64,000 bases of DNA from Phycisphaerales bacterium (GTDB lineage Bacteria; Planctomycetota; Phycisphaerae; WQYP01), in the NCBI GenBank assembly GCA_027451365.1, contig DAIDJN010000058.1, positions 32,001-96,000 of the forward strand, read 5' to 3'. A program made the translations under genes and the position numbers. This document shows positions 60,022 through 64,000 of the stretch, piece after piece. Each line of letters opens with the position of its first letter. The stretch's first letter is position 1. The notes below the pieces were generated by a model. That model saw nothing but the letters and a program-made list of their open reading frames with translations. It did no database searches and was not told where the DNA came from.

Positions 60022-60354
60022 ATGGGTAGACCGCAAAAACAGATTGACGCCAGGGCCGTTGGCGCATTGGCAATGGCGGGGCTGTCTAACAGGCAAATTT
60101 CCGAAATTTATGGCATTGGTGAAGCCACAATCCGCCGACGTTTTGGCGCGATTGTCAAAGAAAACAGGCTGGCAATGCGGATTAACCTGCGGCAAAAGCA
60201 AATCGAAACCGCCATGGCTGGCAATACGGCCATGCTGATATGGCTTGGCAAGCAATACCTTGGCCAAACCGATCGGCCTGCGGAAACATTCCCTGCAACG
60301 GTTCAGGTTGTGCACCCGGTCGGGTTTAACTTCAGGAAGGTTGGCCGCAAATGA
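60022..60354 (+). CDS. Terminase small subunit-like protein
   Basis: MGRP, HTH (GLSNRQISEIYGIGEATIRRR), A..GNTAMLIWLGKQYLGQTD motif that I recognise from phage TerS-like proteins. Confidence 0.7.
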   Translation: MGRPQKQIDARAVGALAMAGLSNRQISEIYGIGEATIRRRFGAIVKENRLAMRINLRQKQIETAMAGNTAMLIWLGKQYLGQTDRPAETFPATVQVVHPVGFNFRKVGRK

Positions 60355-60572
60355 TATTATTCCGGTGCACCAAATGCCGCCAACGATTGCATGATGCGGT
60401 CTGGTACTTTTGCCGGGACTGCCAACGGTCATTGTGTGGATGGTGTGCATACACGATTGACGGGCCGCGTGGTGAGACTGCATTTTGCGAAAACTGCTGC
60501 CGGCGATTGGTGGATAACCTGACCAGTGAATTAAACCGCCGCGAGGAACTTGACAAAGCGGCCGCAGTGTAG
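60351..60572 (+). CDS. Small protein with four CxxC pairs (zinc-finger-like)
   Basis: CTKC, CRDC, CGWC, CENC; ATGA overlap with terS-like gene. Confidence 0.65.
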   Translation: MILFRCTKCRQRLHDAVWYFCRDCQRSLCGWCAYTIDGPRGETAFCENCCRRLVDNLTSELNRREELDKAAAV

Positions 60573-60578
60573 GATAAT
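60550..60578 (+). promoter_or_regulatory. sigma70-type promoter for the HTH-integrase unit
   Basis: TTGACA-N17-GATAAT; ATG lies 7 nt after the -10. Confidence 0.7.
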
Positions 60579-60585
60579 AAACTAT

Positions 60586-60780
60586 ATGAAAAACATTGAA
60601 CAGGTTTTGAAGCAGGCAATAAAGGATACCGGCCTGACGCATTATGCCATTTCCAAAGCCACTGGCGTACAAGCCCGGTCACTGGATCGGTTCATGGATG
60701 GAACCCAAAGCCTGCGGCTGGATAAGGCCGCACTGCTGGCAATGCACCTGAATCTTGAACTTAAACGCAAAGGACGGTGA
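60586..60780 (+). CDS. XRE/Cro-like HTH regulator
   Basis: LKQAIKDTGLTHYAISKATGVQARSLDRFMDG...LRLDKA..LA..LNLEL. Confidence 0.82.
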   Translation: MKNIEQVLKQAIKDTGLTHYAISKATGVQARSLDRFMDGTQSLRLDKAALLAMHLNLELKRKGR

Positions 60781-60783
60781 ACC

Positions 60784-62151
60784 ATGCCAAACGTATTCAA
60801 AAGGCGTATCTGGATTGATGCCAATGGCGTCCAGTGTTCCAAAACAACACCGGGGGCCAAGGCTAAGATTTTACCTGACTGGTATTTCCGTGTGATGACT
60901 TCAACGGGCCGCAAACTTGTGCGAGGATATTCTGACAAGGGCGCGACTGTCGCCAAACTCAATGATATGGTCAAACGCGAGGCCCGTGGTGAACAGGGGC
61001 TTGTCAATCCATTTGAATCGCACAATAAAGCACCGCTGTTGGATCACGTCCGGCAGTATGTTGCCGAACTGGCCGCCACGGGCCATGACACGGCCAATAA
61101 CCGCATTGTGGAACTGCGGCTTAATAAAATGGTGTCCGCGTGCGGCTGGAACAGGTTGGTGGATGTTTCCGCGGCAACATTCAGTAAGTTTCGGGACACG
61201 GGCGACATGCTTAAAGCCGCGCCAAAGACCCGCAATGATTATCACCAGACAGCGCGTCAATTCTGCCGCTGGTGTGTTCGCAATGGCCGGATGGCTATTG
61301 ACCCGTTTCAAAGTCTGGCCACCGTCAAAAGCAATGGCGACGTTCGCCGGCAACGCCGGGCAATGACTGATCAGGAAGTCCAGCGACTGCTGACCGTGGC
61401 ACCAGAGCCGCGTAGAACCGTTTACCAAACCGCGCTGCTGACCGGCTTACGCCGTGCCGAACTTGGCCAGTTGCGGCTTGATGATATTCACCTTGACGCA
61501 CCAAAGCCGTTCCTGACAGCCAGAGCCAGCACCACCAAAAACGGCAAGGCTGCGGTTATCTTCCTCCGCGACGATCTTGTTTCAGCCTTGCGACGGTTGC
61601 CGGCACGGACAGATGGGCTGCTGTTCCGCGTTCCAAAAATTGAGACGTTCTATAACGATTTGCGGGCCGCTGGGATTGACCGGACAGACAGCAAGGGCCG
61701 GATACTTGATTTTCACTCCATTCGGCATACGCTTGCGACCAACCTTGGCCGGGCTGGCGTGTCCATCAGAACCGCAATGGAAGTGATGCGGCATTCCGAT
61801 GCCCGCCTGACCACTAAGACCTATACCGATGCCAGCCAGTTGCCCACCATAGACGCGATTGAGTCTTTGCCACGTTGGGAAGTCCATCAGCAGGTGCAGC
61901 AAGCCGTTGCCACCGGCACGGATGGCCAAAAAGTTTGTGATACCATTTGTGATACCATTTACCCCGCACAGTTAGGCGTTTGTACGCATTCAGACGCACG
62001 GTTGACAGTAAATGCCACTGATGACCAAACCACTGTAATACAAGGGGAAAACCTGCAAAACAAGCTGTTTCCTGCCACACCCAACACAATGAGGCCGCTG
62101 GGGATCGAACCCAGGACCCACAGATTAAAAGTCTGTTGCTCTACCAGCTGA
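60784..62151 (+). CDS. int: Tyrosine integrase (integrated form, reads through att into antisense tRNA)
   Basis: TGLRRAE, TTKNG, FHSIRHT, MRH, TYT catalytic set; ORF crosses the att core. Confidence 0.95.
   Translation: MPNVFKRRIWIDANGVQCSKTTPGAKAKILPDWYFRVMTSTGRKLVRGYSDKGATVAKLNDMVKREARGEQGLVNPFESHNKAPLLDHVRQYVAELAATGHDTANNRIVELRLNKMVSACGWNRLVDVSAATFSKFRDTGDMLKAAPKTRNDYHQTARQFCRWCVRNGRMAIDPFQSLATVKSNGDVRRQRRAMTDQEVQRLLTVAPEPRRTVYQTALLTGLRRAELGQLRLDDIHLDAPKPFLTARASTTKNGKAAVIFLRDDLVSALRRLPARTDGLLFRVPKIETFYNDLRAAGIDRTDSKGRILDFHSIRHTLATNLGRAGVSIRTAMEVMRHSDARLTTKTYTDASQLPTIDAIESLPRWEVHQQVQQAVATGTDGQKVCDTICDTIYPAQLGVCTHSDARLTVNATDDQTTVIQGENLQNKLFPATPNTMRPLGIEPRTHRLKVCCSTS
61936..61959 (+). repeat. 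Tandem putative arm-type sites inside the integrase ORF
   Basis: TGTGATACCATT x2 (encodes CDTICDTI). Confidence 0.75.
62073..62113. repeat. Right att core
   Basis: 41-bp identity with 53391-53431; overlaps tRNA T-arm and acceptor stem. Confidence 0.97.
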
Positions 62152-62162
62152 GCTACGGCCTC
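62090..62162 (-). tRNA. tRNA-Lys (anticodon UUU), CCA not encoded
   Basis: GAGGCCG/CGGCCTC acceptor stem, TAGCTCAG-TGGTAGAGC D arm, ACAGA-CTTTTAA-TCTGT anticodon arm, GGTTCGATCC T loop. Confidence 0.97.
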
Positions 62163-62413
62163 AGAGATTGGGGCACCCGATTGAATTCCCAATCGAGAGC
62201 AACGTATTTTACGCTTTAAGCGGTGATTGGCAAGACGGCGGCAAAAAAGCCAATTTTTCGACTCCATCCGGCGGCTAAAAGCTGCCCGCCGGTCCGGGCC
62301 GGGGATTGCCGGACTTGACGAACGGTTAATCTCCTACTATTCTTATCGGAATAGTTCCAAAGGGTTGGAGATGTGCCCAGCCCCTTGGACTGTCACCCGG
62401 CAGGAGCTACACT

Positions 62414-63373
62414 TTGCAGAATATGCAGGAATCATCCAAAACCGCCATTATCTCCGGTCGTGGCAAGAGTGACGCCCCCCTTACCCATTTGCGCGAACTG
62501 GAAGCCGAGAGTATTCATATCATTCGAGAAGTAGTTGCCGAATTCGCCAATCCGGTCATGCTGTTTTCCAGCGGCAAGGATTCCTCTGTCATGCTTCATC
62601 TGGCGCGGAAGGCTTTTTTCCCCGCCAAGGTTCCCTTTCCATTCCTGCACATTGACACCACCTGGGACTTTCAGGAAGTGTATCGGTTTCGGGATTCCCA
62701 GGTTGCGGAATTTGACCTGAAATTGCTGGTGAACACCAATTGGGACGCTATTAAAGCCGGAATCAATCCCTTTGATTCGGGCAGTGTGAAATACACCTAT
62801 AACATGAATCTGCAGGGGTTGCTGCAGGCTCTGCGGCAGCATCAGTTTGACGCGGCCTTCGGCGGCGCCCGCCGCGAAGAGGAAAAATCCCGCGCCAAGG
62901 AACGCATCTTCTCCTTCCGCGACCGGCATTATCAGTGGGATCCGAAAAATCAACGGCCTGAAATGTGGAATCTGTACAACGCCCGCATTAACAAAGGGGA
63001 TTCCATTCGGGTGTTTCCGCTTTCCAACTGGACAGAGCTGGATATATGGCAATATATTCATTTTGAAAAAATCCCCATTTGTCCGCTCTATTTTGCGGCT
63101 CCGCGGCCCGTCGTACGTCGCGATCCGCAGCTTATTTACGTAAATGACGACCGCTATCCTCTGCACGAAGGCGAAAAGCCGGAAATCAAAATGGTTCGCT
63201 TCCGTACCCTGGGCTGTTATCCACTGACCGGGGCGATTGAATCTCGGGCTGATACCCTGGAAAAAATAATTGAAGAAATGCTGTTGTTCCGCCAGTCGGA
63301 ACGCTCGGGCCGCGCCATCGACCATGACGAACAGGGGTCCATGGAGGCGAAAAAGCGTGAGGGATATTTCTAA
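62414..63373 (+). CDS. cysD: Sulfate adenylyltransferase subunit 2
   Basis: [58 protein letters not shown]. Confidence 0.96.
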   Translation: MQNMQESSKTAIISGRGKSDAPLTHLRELEAESIHIIREVVAEFANPVMLFSSGKDSSVMLHLARKAFFPAKVPFPFLHIDTTWDFQEVYRFRDSQVAEFDLKLLVNTNWDAIKAGINPFDSGSVKYTYNMNLQGLLQALRQHQFDAAFGGARREEEKSRAKERIFSFRDRHYQWDPKNQRPEMWNLYNARINKGDSIRVFPLSNWTELDIWQYIHFEKIPICPLYFAAPRPVVRRDPQLIYVNDDRYPLHEGEKPEIKMVRFRTLGCYPLTGAIESRADTLEKIIEEMLLFRQSERSGRAIDHDEQGSMEAKKREGYF

Positions 63374-63451
63374 GCCGTCCGAAGGCCTCACTTGCGGCGA
63401 CGGCAGCCGCCTGGTCCGACATTCGCATTGAACACAAGGAAAGCCCATACC

Positions 63452-64000
63452 ATGACCGCCATTGAACAGGCTCTGAACAACGAAGATATTCACAGTTATC
63501 TGGAGCGCAACCAGCGTAAGGAAATGCTGCGCTTTTTAACCTGCGGCAGCGTGGATGACGGAAAAAGCACGCTTATCGGGCGACTGTTGCATGACACCAA
63601 AATGATCTATGAAGACCAGCTTGCCGCCATCCGCCGTGACAGCGTGAAACACGGCACCACCGGCGGCACCGTGGACCTGGCCCTGCTTACCGACGGCCTT
63701 AAGGCCGAACGGGAACAGGGCATCACCATTGATGTCGCCTATCGCTATTTTTCTACCGACAAACGCAAATTCATAATCGCCGATACGCCCGGTCATGAGC
63801 AATATACCCGTAATATGGCAACCGGGGCTTCCACCTGTCAGTTGGCAATTATTCTAGTCGATGCTCGGCATGGCGTTCTTGCCCAAACGCGCCGCCACAG
63901 CTTTATTTGCTCGCTTCTGGGCATTTCACATCTGGTGGTGGCCATTAACAAAATGGACCTGATGAATTTTTCCGAATTGCGCTTTAATGAAATTAAGGCC
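63452..64000 (+). CDS. cysN: Sulfate adenylyltransferase subunit 1 (CysN or CysNC), 3'-truncated by window edge
   Basis: [60 protein letters not shown] (translated by eye; absent from ORF track). Confidence 0.95.
   Translation, partial: MTAIEQALNNEDIHSYLERNQRKEMLRFLTCGSVDDGKSTLIGRLLHDTKMIYEDQLAAIRRDSVKHGTTGGTVDLALLTDGLKAEREQGITIDVAYRYFSTDKRKFIIADTPGHEQYTRNMATGASTCQLAIILVDARHGVLAQTRRHSFICSLLGISHLVVAINKMDLMNFSELRFNEIKA

Larger units (their letters stand above)
53391..62113. mobile_element. tRNA-Lys-integrated phage-satellite-like (PICI-like) element, 8682-bp unit
   Basis: 41-bp perfect direct repeats at both ends including the tRNA 3' end; integrase, AlpA/Xis-like HTHs, primase-helicase, TerS-like gene; no recognisable capsid or tail genes. 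Confidence 0.92.

Noticed and set aside
53391..62113. Complete prophage or conjugative element
   Set aside because: Only 8.7 kb, with no recognisable structural, lysis, relaxase or mating-pair genes

Overview
Moderately GC-rich bacterial chromosomal window; a Planctomycetota-like host is my inference from PEP-CTERM-type giant proteins and the integrase style, not a demonstrated fact. Positions 1-53358 are mostly housekeeping and metabolic genes (ROK fragment, clpB, amidase, NRAMP transporter, fused indolepyruvate oxidoreductase, GH127-like hydrolase, lgt, dapL, two Hsp20, phoH, pyc, ygfZ), plus two very large secreted repeat proteins (about 1470 and 4225 aa) with PEP-CTERM-like tails. The main discovery is an 8.7-kb capsid-less, phage-satellite-like element (53391-62113) integrated at the 3' end of tRNA-Lys(UUU) and flanked by a perfect 41-bp direct repeat. 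Its attachment site lies inside the integrase reading frame. Integrated, Int ends in a 12-aa tail read antisense through the tRNA. Excised, it would gain a 55-aa tail carrying a WP-(L/M)P helical motif, and become translationally coupled to a small gene carrying a second copy of that motif. Also seen: a shared variant sigma54-like promoter plus palindrome upstream of clpB and the hsp20 pair, and a shared TACG-N8-CGTA box upstream of both giant surface-protein genes. The window ends in cysD and a partial cysN. All product calls are from motif recognition by eye; no searches were run.
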